Shown: positions 27,838 through 38,688, counted from the stretch's first letter. The stretch: 64,000 nt of DNA from Candidatus Obscuribacterales bacterium (GCA_965228855.1 CBDDIJ010000005.1:544001-608000); one strand, 5' to 3'. The notes: generated by a model not told the origin, from the sequence alone. Program-made: numbers and translations.

Positions 27838-30123
27838 ATGAGCACCAGATGGAGCCATCTGAAGGCAGACGCGGATTACGCTCTGGAGTACGGCAATTAC
27901 CAGGAAGCGGAGATGCTTTGGCAGCGTGCTTTGAAAGAAGCAGAGTCTTTCAGCAAGGATGACACACGCTTACCCTTGACGCTTGAAAAGCTTTCGGATG
28001 TGCTGTGCCAGCAGGAAAAATATTCCGACGCATTAGGATTTCTGGAACGGGCCGCGAAAATTCGTCACGAGGAACGAAACAGTCCACAAGACGAGCTTGC
28101 AGCAACGCTCTCGGATCTATGCACCGTCTATTTGCATCTCGAAAAGTTTGAGGAAGCGGAGCTTGCTGTGAGGCGAGCGCTCGAGATTTACGAGTCGACC
28201 CCCAACGAACATCAGGCGAAGCGAGGCGAGTGTTATTACGACTTGGGCCGTTTGCTTCACGCCAAAGGAGATGTTGGCGGCGCAGAAGCAGCCTATCGCC
28301 AGGCTCTTGAGATTTCGGAATCAGCGCTCGGTGAGAGTGATGTTTTCATATCAGACATTCTTTTTGCGCTTGGAACACTTCTGGATGAAGACGAGCGCTG
28401 GACAGAGTGTGAGCCATTTCTGGAAAGATGCGTGGCGATTCGCGAACAACAATTGGGCGCATCACATGCAGAAGTGGTAGCGGCCATGGGAAGTTTGGCG
28501 AACCTCTATCTCAAGGAAAACCGGTTGATAGACGCCAAAACCGCCTACGAAAAAATCTGGATCGCAATGGATAAGATTCCGGAGTCGCGGCAACCGCATT
28601 TGATACCATACATGCTGGGCATGTCGGAAATGTATGAGATGCAGGGTCACTTCGCGGACTCGGAGAAGCTCTTGAATCGCGTCTTGCGCCTGCAAAAGAG
28701 CGCGCTCAAATATGACGAGATTGAGTTGCTTCCGACGTACGACCGACTGGCGAACGTTTCAAAACTCCAGGGCAAATATCACGAGGCTGAAGAACTGCTC
28801 GGCAAGGTTCTGGAAATTCGTGAGTATCTGTTGGGAAGCGACCATCCGGATGTGGCGGAAACGCTAGATCGATTGGCTGGTCTGTATTTCGAAACAGAGC
28901 GCCATGACGAGGCGGAGCAAATTTGCGTGCGTGCCACCGAAATCTTCGAACGAGATGACGCCAGCGAAGAGGAAGTGATCAACACTTTAAAACATCTAGA
29001 CACGATTTACCGCACACAGGAAAAATATGACGAAGCTGAAAGTGTATTGATTCGTCTGTTTATTTTGCAGAAGAAACTATTTGGTTCCTGCAATGCGGAA
29101 ACAGCTGACAGCCTGGCGAACCTCGCTTTGGTTTATCAAAAGCAAAATCGTCTGGATAAGGCCGACGCATTTATGCAAAAGGCACTTGATATAAAAACAG
29201 ACGCGCTCGGCGGTGACACAGCGGAATTACAAAACTTGATTTCGAGTACGGCCGAGATAAAAGAGCAAATCGGTGACTACGACAGCGCACTGTTCCTCTG
29301 GAAGCGGCTTGAGAATCTGTATAGAGAGTCTTTCGGAGAGATGCACCCAAACGTCGCCGATGTTCTCGATCACACATCGAGGTGCCTGCAAGCCGCTGGA
29401 AAATTTGCCGAGTCTGAAGACGCGGCCATTAAGTCGCTGGCATTGCGCGAACATACATTCGGCGAGGACCACCCGAAGGTTGCGAATAGTCTATGTGAGC
29501 TTGGGCAGCTGTTCTTCGAGCAGGGAAAACTTGAAGAAGCCGAGAGAAATTACAAGCGCGCATTGAAAATGCAGCTGGATATTCTCGGCGATGAGCACGA
29601 GCAAGTTGCAGCAACTTACAGCAAACTCGGAGCGGTCGCATATCAGCAAGATAATGTCGAAGATGCTCGGGAGTACTTCGAAAAGGCTTACGAGACACGC
29701 AACGACAGATTCCCGCCCGACCATCCTGATGTATGCATTTCATTTGAAACGTTGATTACGGTTCTTCGAGAGCAAACAGAATTTGAGGATGGAGAAACTC
29801 TTTGCAAACGAGTGATTGCACTTCGAAGCAAGAAGTTGGGCTCGAGGCATATTGAGGTAGCCTACGCGATGGCGCATCTTGGTGGGCTTTATCAGGACCA
29901 GGAGAAATGGGAGAAGGCAGAGAACATGTATCGCCAGGCGATTGATGTTTACACGCTCGCTCGTGGTCGTGAAGGAATGGAGCTGGTGAACATGCTCGAA
30001 GCATACGCTCAGGTTTTGCGAGCACTCGGCAACAAAGTCAAAGCGGCTAAGATGGACACCAGAGCGAAAGCAATTCGCGATAGTCGAACCAGCACGGAAC
30101 GCGCCTTGCCCACTGTTGGATAA
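27838..30123 (+). CDS. TPR-repeat protein (kinesin-light-chain-type 42-aa TPRs)
   Basis: Repeated LG.DHP.VA..L..LA.LY...G.Y.EAE...RAL units over 761 aa. Confidence 0.9.
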   Translation: MSTRWSHLKADADYALEYGNYQEAEMLWQRALKEAESFSKDDTRLPLTLEKLSDVLCQQEKYSDALGFLERAAKIRHEERNSPQDELAATLSDLCTVYLHLEKFEEAELAVRRALEIYESTPNEHQAKRGECYYDLGRLLHAKGDVGGAEAAYRQALEISESALGESDVFISDILFALGTLLDEDERWTECEPFLERCVAIREQQLGASHAEVVAAMGSLANLYLKENRLIDAKTAYEKIWIAMDKIPESRQPHLIPYMLGMSEMYEMQGHFADSEKLLNRVLRLQKSALKYDEIELLPTYDRLANVSKLQGKYHEAEELLGKVLEIREYLLGSDHPDVAETLDRLAGLYFETERHDEAEQICVRATEIFERDDASEEEVINTLKHLDTIYRTQEKYDEAESVLIRLFILQKKLFGSCNAETADSLANLALVYQKQNRLDKADAFMQKALDIKTDALGGDTAELQNLISSTAEIKEQIGDYDSALFLWKRLENLYRESFGEMHPNVADVLDHTSRCLQAAGKFAESEDAAIKSLALREHTFGEDHPKVANSLCELGQLFFEQGKLEEAERNYKRALKMQLDILGDEHEQVAATYSKLGAVAYQQDNVEDAREYFEKAYETRNDRFPPDHPDVCISFETLITVLREQTEFEDGETLCKRVIALRSKKLGSRHIEVAYAMAHLGGLYQDQEKWEKAENMYRQAIDVYTLARGREGMELVNMLEAYAQVLRALGNKVKAAKMDTRAKAIRDSRTSTERALPTVG

Positions 30124-30163
30124 CTTCAAGACCGGTTCTCGTAGTGGTACCGGTGAAAAGAAA

Positions 30164-32014
30164 CTAGTGCGAGCGAAGGCTGCTATTTTTTGGTGATACC
30201 GAATGTGATGCTCGGTTATGTCCCCTGTGCCGCACCGATCGTTTATTTTCCAAGCTAGCCGGTGCTGGTTCCGGCGCGGCCAGAGCCGGCGCAACGACAG
30301 TCGAACTCTTGTCTGGACTTGAAATAGTGATGGGCGTGGGCGGTTCTCGCATCAAAAGAGCAAACACCAATCCACCTAGTGAGACGGCAAGAAGAAAGCA
30401 GCAACCGGCAATGGCCCATGGCAGCCAGCGAATGGCAAGCTCTATCTCAGGTCGCTTCGTAGCAGCCACTCCGCTATCACCAGCCGGACTCATGCGCGTC
30501 ATGGTCGCACGCAGACTGGGGCTTATGGACGGACTCGTCAACTCAGCTTTTGCCTCGGCAGCGAGCGACGTTGACGGCGCAATTGGCGCGGGATTTGCAG
30601 AGAGAGTCTTACGCGCGGCACTCTGCTCGGTCGAAGCAACGGCGTTGATACCGCCAAAGGTTTTAGTGCCAACAGGTGAGTTCAAAGCGGCATCGTCAGC
30701 TGAACCGCCTCCTTTAGCGGAAGAAGCTCCGGAAGCGGCAGCGGGAGTAATGCCGGAGTGAGTGGTGGCACCAGGTCGAGCTGATCGCGTCGCATCGGCA
30801 GGTTGACCTGGTACGCCGGGAAAAGTGTTTGGGTTGGAAACTGTTCGAGCTGCAAGAGCGGGGAGGTTGGTTGCGGTGGACGTGGGCTTGTAATTCGCAG
30901 CAGTCGTTCCCAACGCTTTGAGACCGGTTGCGGTCGACTTGGGTGAAGCGGCAGCACGTTCAGTCAGATCCGTGTTGATGGCCTTGATCAACTCATCTGC
31001 ATCAAACTTGGTCTCATGAACTCCGACAACGGGAGCGGCTTGATCACCCGACTTGCGAGTTGAGAAACGCAGTAGATAATCGCGCGAAGCTCCTTCGAGT
31101 TGCGGCGAAAGGGCCTCGACCAGCGCGGCTTGCATCTCCGCGATTGTTTGATATCGTTCGTCGGACTTTTTGTTCAAACTCTTGAAGATAACTGATTGCA
31201 CCGCAGGCGGTATCAGTCGATCCGGGTTAGCGTGCATGAACGGCGGTGGTGGTTTCTCGATATGTGCCTGAATAATCTCATATACGGTTGTGCTCTCGTA
31301 AAACGGATCCTTTCCGGTCAACATTTCGTAGAATACGGCGCCCAGACCATAAATGTCGGTCCGCGTATCAATAGGGTCGCCGTTCGCCTGCTCCGGAGCC
31401 ATGTACGGAGGGCTGCCCCAGAGTTCTCCGGATTTCGTCAAACTGCGATTCGATTGGGTAAGTTTAGCCAAACCAAAATCCACGACTTTGACGATATCGG
31501 TGTCGTCATCCATCAGCATGATGTTGCCTGGCTTCATGTCGCGGTGAATGATTCCCTTTTTGTGCGCATGATCGAGCGCGCTCAAAACTTGCAACGAGAT
31601 GCGTGCGAATTGTTCCAGGCTCAACGGGCCATCTCGCCGGAGAAGCGCATCAAGGCTCAGTCCTTTGAGATAGTCCATGACTATGTACGGATGATGATCT
31701 TCCCCGAGAATGCAATCATATACGGTGACAACATTAGGATGACTAAGCGCGCAAAGACTGTTGATCTCATTCATGAAACGCTCACGAATCACGTCCGTGG
31801 CGTCTATTTCCATATTGATTGTTTTTATGGCGACGTGGCGATTGACGCGCAGCTGTTTAGCCTTATAGACGACACCAGCGCCGCCTGAGCCGATGACTTC
31901 CTCGATCTCAAAACGTCCATCTAGAATTTTGCCGACCAGCGGATCGGATTTTGTTATCACGCTGCCTTCTTCAGATGCGGCAGACGGATCGGCATGAAAT
32001 TTTGGGTCAGTCAA
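30164..32014 (-). CDS. Membrane-anchored Hanks-type Ser/Thr protein kinase with long Ala/Thr/Pro-rich linker
   Basis: GSGGAGVVY, VAIK, HRDMKPGN, DFG, GSPPYMAPE; TM WLPWAIAGCCFLLAVSLGGLVFALL. Confidence 0.92.
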   Translation of the reverse strand: MTDPKFHADPSAASEEGSVITKSDPLVGKILDGRFEIEEVIGSGGAGVVYKAKQLRVNRHVAIKTINMEIDATDVIRERFMNEINSLCALSHPNVVTVYDCILGEDHHPYIVMDYLKGLSLDALLRRDGPLSLEQFARISLQVLSALDHAHKKGIIHRDMKPGNIMLMDDDTDIVKVVDFGLAKLTQSNRSLTKSGELWGSPPYMAPEQANGDPIDTRTDIYGLGAVFYEMLTGKDPFYESTTVYEIIQAHIEKPPPPFMHANPDRLIPPAVQSVIFKSLNKKSDERYQTIAEMQAALVEALSPQLEGASRDYLLRFSTRKSGDQAAPVVGVHETKFDADELIKAINTDLTERAAASPKSTATGLKALGTTAANYKPTSTATNLPALAARTVSNPNTFPGVPGQPADATRSARPGATTHSGITPAAASGASSAKGGGSADDAALNSPVGTKTFGGINAVASTEQSAARKTLSANPAPIAPSTSLAAEAKAELTSPSISPSLRATMTRMSPAGDSGVAATKRPEIELAIRWLPWAIAGCCFLLAVSLGGLVFALLMREPPTPITISSPDKSSTVVAPALAAPEPAPASLENKRSVRHRGHNRASHSVSPKNSSLRSH

Positions 32015-32218
32015 CGTGCTTTCTCGCGATGCCTATTTCCGCGAAACCTTTGAGAGGTTTTCATTGATGCCATAGGAGATTCATACCCAGATCCGCCGAG
32101 AAGTAGCTATATCGGACCTTTCATAACCAGACGGTTACACAACCCGCCAAAATAGCCGCAAAAGGCTGACATGACCTTCGGCGAACCAGCTGCCGGAGCG
32201 GCACCGGTCTGACGAAAC

Positions 32219-32300
32219 GCCGGTACCGCCCTGCCGCGGCACCGAATGAGACAATGCCGGTACCGCCCTGCCGCCTGCGGCTAGGACTCGGTACCGGCAT
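32219..32300. repeat. Intergenic direct plus inverted repeat (REP-like)
   Basis: GCCGGTACCGCCCTGCCGC at 32219-32237 and 32256-32274; ATGCCGGTACCG (32254-32265) is inverted at 32289-32300. Confidence 0.75.
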
Positions 32301-32324
32301 AATTTGAGAGGTGTGGAGTACGAA

Positions 32325-33041
32325 CTAGTTGGCGCCGCCGTGTCCGGGGCCAGGTCCCTTCTCCATCATTTTTCGCATCATTTGATGAAAAGGACTGGCA
32401 CCACCGCGTTTCGGTCCTTCCACCATCGCTTTACGCAACTCCTTGCGTTGAGCACCTGTGAGAATCTGCATCATCTGGAGTTTGCTATCCATCTCGAGAT
32501 TTGTCAGCTCGCTTTTAGCGCTGGCGATTTGATTTTGGAGCTTCTTCACGGCCTTCTCATCGATAGATTCCCTGGTGAGCTCGTCGCGAAGGTGGCGTTT
32601 AGCAGTCATAAGCTCCAGCATCTTAGGACCACGAGCGTCGAGCACGCTGTTCTTGAGGCTGTAGAGCTTTTCGTACTGCTCGGAGGTCACGGCATTTTCG
32701 CCCTCCAGCATGTTCAGCGGGCAACCGCCGCGTCCGCGGGCACCTACCGGGCAAGGACCACGTCCCCAACCGCCGGAACCACCGCGCATGGCGGCAATCA
32801 CGTCCCCTGGGTTCGGAAGAGGCAGACTGAGAGCGATTTCACCACCACCCGATGGCGAAGAAGAGAAGTCAGGAATGCCTTCGCCCGTGGGAAGCGCATC
32901 GGGCAGGTTCAAAACAATGTCGATTTCGCCCATATCGGACGAGTCGTCGGAATCCATTTGCGCAAAAGCAGGCTGCGAGACAAGCGCCATGGTCGAAACC
33001 ATCGAAAGCGCCGCCAGGTAGACTTTTGTCGATTTCAGCAT
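32325..33041 (-). CDS. Spy/CpxP (LTXXQ motif) family periplasmic protein
   Basis: Signal peptide ending PAFA; VTSEQ and LTGAQ motifs flanking long helices; Gly/Met-rich termini. Confidence 0.8.
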   Translation of the reverse strand: MLKSTKVYLAALSMVSTMALVSQPAFAQMDSDDSSDMGEIDIVLNLPDALPTGEGIPDFSSSPSGGGEIALSLPLPNPGDVIAAMRGGSGGWGRGPCPVGARGRGGCPLNMLEGENAVTSEQYEKLYSLKNSVLDARGPKMLELMTAKRHLRDELTRESIDEKAVKKLQNQIASAKSELTNLEMDSKLQMMQILTGAQRKELRKAMVEGPKRGGASPFHQMMRKMMEKGPGPGHGGAN

Positions 33042-33269
33042 CAATGAGACCTCAAAGAGAAATATGCGGTGACAATGTATAAGACGAAAGGTTCCCATAA
33101 AAAGTTCAATTGTTAACAGAATTTCCTCTGATTTAATTTGTTAAGGACGGATAATCATATTTTGGCCGCGAAACCCACTTGCGCGGCAAGTCCGATTTCG
33201 GCGCAATCTTGCCTGGTAACAGGCGAAAAACTATCGAATACCTTCTCGTTTCGGAAACCGCTCTCAACC

Positions 33270-34631
33270 ATGACAGACTCAAACTCTTCGGGCCCCGCCC
33301 AGGCTCAGGCATATGCAGCGCCCGCACAGGCGCGGACATCAGGGCTCGGATACCGCTGGGTCATCATCGGTCTCGGTTTCCTCATAACGCTGATCAACTA
33401 TATGGACCGCTCGGCGCTATCGTACGCGATCGGTCCGCTCAAGGCGGAGTTCGGGATCTCCGATTCGCAATACGGCATGGTGGCGGCGGCTTTCGCCGTT
33501 GGTTACATGATTATGACCACGGGCGGCGGAATGATGGTCGACCGCTGGGGAGCCCATCGAGTGTGGGCGGGTGCGGCACTGTTGTGGTCGCTATGCACAG
33601 CAGTAATGGGTCTGGCAGCCAATCTGCCGCTTCTATTCGCTTTTAGAACTTTGCTTGGTTTAGCCGAAGGTCCCCATTTTCCGGCTCTCACAAGAGTTGT
33701 CGCTGATTGGCTTCCGGCCAGCGAACGCGCGCGCGCCACAGCGATTGGTCTAGCAGCTGTGCCCATGGCGAACGTCATCGGAGCACCGTTCATCACCAAT
33801 CTGATTTCAGCTTTCGGCTGGAAGATCATGTTTGCGATTCTGGGCTCGCTAGGCGTGGGCTGGGCGGTCATCTGGTACTTCATGTACCGAGACTATCCGG
33901 AAAATTGTAAGCAAGTTTCCGATGAAGAGTTGAACTTGATCCGTGACGGGAAGCCCGTCGACAGAAGCAAATCGAGCGAACAAATGCGTTCGCACGAATT
34001 GCAACACGGCGGCACAACCTGGAAATTCATGCTGCTCAACCCGTCTTTGATGTCAAACAACTACGCCTTCTTCGCATTCGGGTATACGCTTTTCTTCGCG
34101 CTCACCTGGCTGCCAGGCTATTTCCAGAAACAGTTCGGCGCCAACCTGAAAGAAATCGGCGTGTTTCTCATTGCCCCCTGGCTCACCGCGGCAATCTTGC
34201 TCGCCCTGGCGGGTTTTCTCTCCGATTATCTCTGGAAGAAGACCGGCAGTATGCGCGTCGCTCGCTCGCACATGATCTGGATTTGCCAGTTGATCTCCGG
34301 ATTGTGTTTCATCCCGATGCTTTTCGTAGGCGACAATCGGGACCTTGCACTTATCGTTATTTCCCTTGGAATTGGTTTCGGCCTAATGCCAAATGCATGC
34401 TTCTATGCACTTAACTGCGACCTCGCGAAAGACCGGGCAGCGACCAGCCTTGGGCTAATGGACAGCTTTTTCGCGCTGGCAGGTATTCTGGCTCCTGTGC
34501 TGACGGGCTGGTTGTCCGACATGACGGGCGGTTTCAACGCGGCTTTCGGCCTGCTTATCTTCTTCACGCTGTCTTCGGTTGTCGCGGTCCTCGTGTTTCA
34601 GAGACCTGACCGAGAAACGCTTGCGGTTTAG
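33270..34631 (+). CDS. MFS transporter, anion:cation symporter-like
   Basis: INYMDRSALS, GGMMVDRWG motif A, RTLLGLAEGP.FP, WLPASERARA; about 12 TM; start at MTDSN. Confidence 0.9.
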   Translation: MTDSNSSGPAQAQAYAAPAQARTSGLGYRWVIIGLGFLITLINYMDRSALSYAIGPLKAEFGISDSQYGMVAAAFAVGYMIMTTGGGMMVDRWGAHRVWAGAALLWSLCTAVMGLAANLPLLFAFRTLLGLAEGPHFPALTRVVADWLPASERARATAIGLAAVPMANVIGAPFITNLISAFGWKIMFAILGSLGVGWAVIWYFMYRDYPENCKQVSDEELNLIRDGKPVDRSKSSEQMRSHELQHGGTTWKFMLLNPSLMSNNYAFFAFGYTLFFALTWLPGYFQKQFGANLKEIGVFLIAPWLTAAILLALAGFLSDYLWKKTGSMRVARSHMIWICQLISGLCFIPMLFVGDNRDLALIVISLGIGFGLMPNACFYALNCDLAKDRAATSLGLMDSFFALAGILAPVLTGWLSDMTGGFNAAFGLLIFFTLSSVVAVLVFQRPDRETLAV

Positions 34632-34774
34632 TTGCGAATTCTGCGGCGCACATCGTCCGGCATCATTTACTTTAAAACTCGCGGTCAGGCTCTAACGCCG
34701 GTTGGTTCAGGACTTGCGGATTAACTGCGTGTGAATCTGCTCCGGCAGGGAACGGGTGCAGAAGAATTCAAGGA

Positions 34775-35062
34775 CTAATCTTTGCTGGGCTCCTTGGAGC
34801 GTCTTTCGAGGTCTTCCAGCATCCGCTGCGAGAACTGGTAGTCATCTTCCATTGTGGAAACCTTGTGACGCAGGTCCTGAACCTCTTCTGTCAACATCAG
34901 CAGCTTCTGCTTGAGATCCTTGATTTCCTTGGCGCCGCTCTTCCGACCGCCGATGCGGTCGGCGATCGAGATAATAAGAGGTCGAAACGTAAGCACAGCC
35001 AGAATAAACGGCAAAACGATCAGCGCCACAACTCCGACTATTACTAAAACCGATGGGTCCAT
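34775..35062 (-). CDS. Small single-TM coiled-coil hypothetical protein
   Basis: N-terminal TM followed by heptad-rich IKDLKQKLLMLTEEVQDLRHKV. Confidence 0.65.
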   Translation of the reverse strand: MDPSVLVIVGVVALIVLPFILAVLTFRPLIISIADRIGGRKSGAKEIKDLKQKLLMLTEEVQDLRHKVSTMEDDYQFSQRMLEDLERRSKEPSKD

Positions 35063-35305
35063 TGACAATTTCTTACCGTTACTACTTTGCAATTCCTGCT
35101 TCAGGCGCTGGCGCCTTCTTCAACTCTACAACACTTCTGGTTGTCGAGCAGAATCAGTTAACACTGGCTAATTTCTAATGCAAAAAAAACTCACAGGCGC
35201 TACAACAATACAGTCTATATACGAATTCGGAACCTAAATGTTCGCAGGCTCCTTGCTGCCCGTCCGAGCTCACGTTAGCGATTTCCCTTCAATAGCTTTT
35301 TAGAC

Positions 35306-36355
35306 ATGCGAAAGATTATTCGACTAGCATCAAATGTGGTATCAACATCGGCGCTTGCCTTCCTCTTTACCTGCGCCACCACAGATAGTGCGCTTGCGAA
35401 AGTAGCCGTAACCGCGGGTCATACGTTCAGCGGTTACTCTCATCATTACGGTGACCACCTTCATGGACGCCGCACATCGTCTGGCCAGCCGCACAACAAA
35501 TTTAAACTTACTTGCGCGCATAGAACACTTCCATTCGGCACACACTTGCATGTGACGAATACTAAAAACGGCAAATCGTGTGTTGTCGTTGTAAATGATC
35601 GCGGACCTTTCGGCAGTCCCAGCCTTGTTCTGGACGTGTCGAAAGCCGCCGCCCATGCGCTCGGATTTCCTGGCGGCGGAAAAATCCCAATCTCCGCTCG
35701 CGTATTAGATAAGCAAGAAGGCGCGGAGGGACTGAAGCAGTCGCATCAGTGTCATGCTGTAAGGGACTACATTACTCAGAACGCCGACGCCGCAACCATT
35801 GCTGCGCTGCCACCGAAAACGGTTCCCGCGGCGCTACTACCGGTGAAGATGGAACCAGCTTCGGAGACGGTTAAAACAGTTACTGCAGTCGTGAAACCGC
35901 CGATCTCTAAGACCGAAGAAAAGCCGACAGCTGTAGCAACTATCAGTCCAAAAACCGCTGTTGACACAACCAGAGCTATTGCGAGCACCGGTTCGAAACC
36001 AGCTGCCGAAGCCACCAAAGCTATTGCGAACATCGGTTCGAAACCAGCTGCCGAAGCCACCAAAGCTATTGCGAGCCTTCCTGCCAATTCCGTTGCAAAC
36101 CGAACTCCCCACAAGGGTGTCGAGCAGCCGGAAGCGCCAGAAACAACGTTTCTTCTGGTTATAAACGACGCACTCGAAAACGATAAGAGCGTGCAGCACA
36201 CCGCAAAAACAGCAGAATACAGCACGACTGCTCGGCACGCGAATTACGCGCCAACAGTGTTTATGCCGATGACCGAGCAAACCAACCTCGAGGTCCCGGC
36301 ACAGAAGAAGCCCTCTACCGCACGCGCGATCCCGGAAGGGCAAACCTTGATGTAG
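35306..36355 (+). CDS. rlpA: RlpA-like lytic transglycosylase (double-psi beta-barrel) with low-complexity tail
   Basis: TCAHRTLPFGT.L.VTN..NGKS.VV.VNDRGPF...LDVSKAAA; signal peptide; no SPOR domain seen. Confidence 0.82.
   Translation: MRKIIRLASNVVSTSALAFLFTCATTDSALAKVAVTAGHTFSGYSHHYGDHLHGRRTSSGQPHNKFKLTCAHRTLPFGTHLHVTNTKNGKSCVVVVNDRGPFGSPSLVLDVSKAAAHALGFPGGGKIPISARVLDKQEGAEGLKQSHQCHAVRDYITQNADAATIAALPPKTVPAALLPVKMEPASETVKTVTAVVKPPISKTEEKPTAVATISPKTAVDTTRAIASTGSKPAAEATKAIANIGSKPAAEATKAIASLPANSVANRTPHKGVEQPEAPETTFLLVINDALENDKSVQHTAKTAEYSTTARHANYAPTVFMPMTEQTNLEVPAQKKPSTARAIPEGQTLM
35974..36076 (+). repeat. 45-bp in-frame tandem repeat (about 2.3 copies) in the RlpA tail
   Basis: AGCTATTGCGA...GGTTCGAAACCAGCTGCCGAAGCCACCAA units starting at 35974, 36019 and 36064. 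Confidence 0.9.
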
Positions 36356-36430
36356 TCGCTTTACTTGATCTTCGTGACTGCTACAATGAAATGTACTCTA
36401 AACCAGATAGAACCTGGAGAACACTAGTAG

Positions 36431-38569
36431 TTGCGCCGTCGCAAGCAAGAATACGAATTCGAGTCTGACCCTAATCGGTACAATCGGCTCAAAAGTTTCA
36501 ACAATGTCAAACCTGTGTTTGACAGCTTTTGGATGGTTGTTCGAGTAACCGTAACCAGCGTCACGCTGCTAGTGACCTTTGGTGTCTGTGTCCTCATGAT
36601 GCTTGTATGGATCCATCTGGCGAAGGTTCCGAACATCTCGATACTGGAGAATTATCACCCGGGCGCATCAATATCGGTCTACGATATTGATGACAAGCTG
36701 ATTTGCGTATTTCCGGAGAAGGAAAAACGCGAGGTAGTTTCGCTAGAAAAAATTTCCAAGAATCTAATTGTGGCGGTCCTCGCGCAAGAAGATCACTATT
36801 TTTACGATCACCACGGTGTAAGCGCTGAAGGTGTTTTGCGAGCGGCTCTTGCAAACGTCACTGCAAGAAAGCAGGTGCAGGGCGGTTCTACGCTCACACA
36901 GCAGTTGGTGAAAAACGTTTTCTTCCCGAATGAGAACAGAACCATTCCGCTGAAGCTGGCTGAGGGTCTTGTCGCCTCGCAGATTGAAAATCGCTACTCG
37001 AAAGAACGGATTCTGGAACTCTACTTAAACCAGATCTACTTCGGCCAGGGCGCTTACGGAGCAGAGCAAGCGGCAAAAACATATTTCGCGAAATCGGCAA
37101 TAGATCTCTCAGTCGCGGAATCTGCGTTCCTAGCCGGTTTAATTAAGTCGCCGTCTCAACTTGGTGAACGCTCACATCGGCTGGCGGCGCTGAAGTCGCA
37201 GCAGTCCGTCGTTCGAAAGCTTCTCGAGTACGGTTTCATAACCGAACGAGAAGCATGGGACGCTGCACATACACAATTGGTTTTCAAAACAGCACCGCCG
37301 GCGGCGTCAGTTAAACAGTTCGTTCCAAAGTATCCGTACTATTCGAATTATGTTGCGAAGCTGGTCGAAGATACGGTGCAATTCAGACGGCATGCGCGTT
37401 TAAAAGTCTATACCAACCTCGATCAGCAGGCTCAAAAAACCGCCGAAAAGGTTTTAAACGAATACCAGCATCGTTTACCTGCGGGGCTGGATCAGTCGGC
37501 ATTGGTTTCCATGCGTTTAAACGACGGAGCTGTTGTCGCTATGGTTGGCGGCATCGGAAACTATCTGGATAATCAGTGGAATTCGGCTGTACATCCTCAC
37601 ACCATGGGGTCGGTCTTCAAACCTTTTGTATACCTGACCGCATTCGAACAGCAGCTTCTAACCCCGTCCAGTTCCATTTCCGACGCACCACTCATGGTGC
37701 TCGACGATGGCGACAAAGTATGGGAACCGCAGAATTTCGACAAGAAGTTCATGGGGCTGATCACAGTTGAGCAGGCGCTCGCCTATTCGAGGAACGTCTG
37801 TAGCGTCAGAGTCGCACAGCAAACCGGTATCAGGCCGATTATGGATACGGCTCGTCGCGCGGGGATAAGCGAAACGTTAGCTCCGACTCTCGCGCTCTCT
37901 CTAGGCAGTTCGGCAGCATCTCCAGTTTCAATGGCGACCGCTTACGGAACAATCGCACGCGGCGGAATGTTCATGGAGCCTCAATTTATTCGACGCATTG
38001 AAGACGAGCACGGCAAGGTCATTTCAAAGGTCGAGCCGAATTCTGCGAGAGTGCTCGATCGCGACTCAACTATAAAGATCGTCGAAATTTTGAAGAAAGT
38101 GGTGGACGGCGGTACTGGAACACACGCGAAACTACCCGGAATACAGGTCGCGGGCAAGACGGGCACAGCAAACGAAGCAAAGGATCTCTGGTTCGTCGGC
38201 TTCACTCCGGATCTGGTCACCGCGGTCTGGACCGGCAACTCTGAAAACAAGTCTGTACCGGGTGGCAAGAACGTCACCGGGGGCACTGTCTCAGCGGTCA
38301 TGTGGAAGCGTTATAACCAGGCGTACTACAGTGCTCACGGTAAGCCGCAGTCGACGCTCATCGGTGGCGACAACACCGCGCTGCAACCAATGAGGTCCAA
38401 CGACGTCAGCAAAATGCAGCCAATCATTGCCTCGCCTGACACTCAGGCTATCCTGGATCGTCAGGCCGGGCGAGTCCCTGTCCAGAGGCGGGTTGTGGCG
38501 CCTTCAAAACCGGTGAAGCAAACGGGCACCGGCGTCTCAGAGTACACCTGGCAAGAGCCGATTCATTAA
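36431..38569 (+). CDS. Class A penicillin-binding protein (PBP1A family, transglycosylase plus transpeptidase)
   Basis: EDHYFYDHHGV, GGSTLTQQLVKN, ILELYLN, SVFK, SRN, GKTGT. Confidence 0.93.
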   Translation: MRRRKQEYEFESDPNRYNRLKSFNNVKPVFDSFWMVVRVTVTSVTLLVTFGVCVLMMLVWIHLAKVPNISILENYHPGASISVYDIDDKLICVFPEKEKREVVSLEKISKNLIVAVLAQEDHYFYDHHGVSAEGVLRAALANVTARKQVQGGSTLTQQLVKNVFFPNENRTIPLKLAEGLVASQIENRYSKERILELYLNQIYFGQGAYGAEQAAKTYFAKSAIDLSVAESAFLAGLIKSPSQLGERSHRLAALKSQQSVVRKLLEYGFITEREAWDAAHTQLVFKTAPPAASVKQFVPKYPYYSNYVAKLVEDTVQFRRHARLKVYTNLDQQAQKTAEKVLNEYQHRLPAGLDQSALVSMRLNDGAVVAMVGGIGNYLDNQWNSAVHPHTMGSVFKPFVYLTAFEQQLLTPSSSISDAPLMVLDDGDKVWEPQNFDKKFMGLITVEQALAYSRNVCSVRVAQQTGIRPIMDTARRAGISETLAPTLALSLGSSAASPVSMATAYGTIARGGMFMEPQFIRRIEDEHGKVISKVEPNSARVLDRDSTIKIVEILKKVVDGGTGTHAKLPGIQVAGKTGTANEAKDLWFVGFTPDLVTAVWTGNSENKSVPGGKNVTGGTVSAVMWKRYNQAYYSAHGKPQSTLIGGDNTALQPMRSNDVSKMQPIIASPDTQAILDRQAGRVPVQRRVVAPSKPVKQTGTGVSEYTWQEPIH

Positions 38570-38688
38570 ACCAAAATATCACTACGTGGTCCTACGCAAC
38601 TTTGCTTGACTACCCTTTTCACGAGAGTAAGATGGGGTGAATAAAGCAAGGAAGCCTAAGGCAATAGCGGCACGAGCAAATAAATAAA

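Noticed and set aside
32219..32274. Direct repeats as a mini-CRISPR
   Set aside because: Only two 19-bp copies with an 18-nt spacer and no cas genes
32304..33047. 247-aa + strand ORF
   Set aside because: Antisense shadow of the Spy/CpxP-family gene
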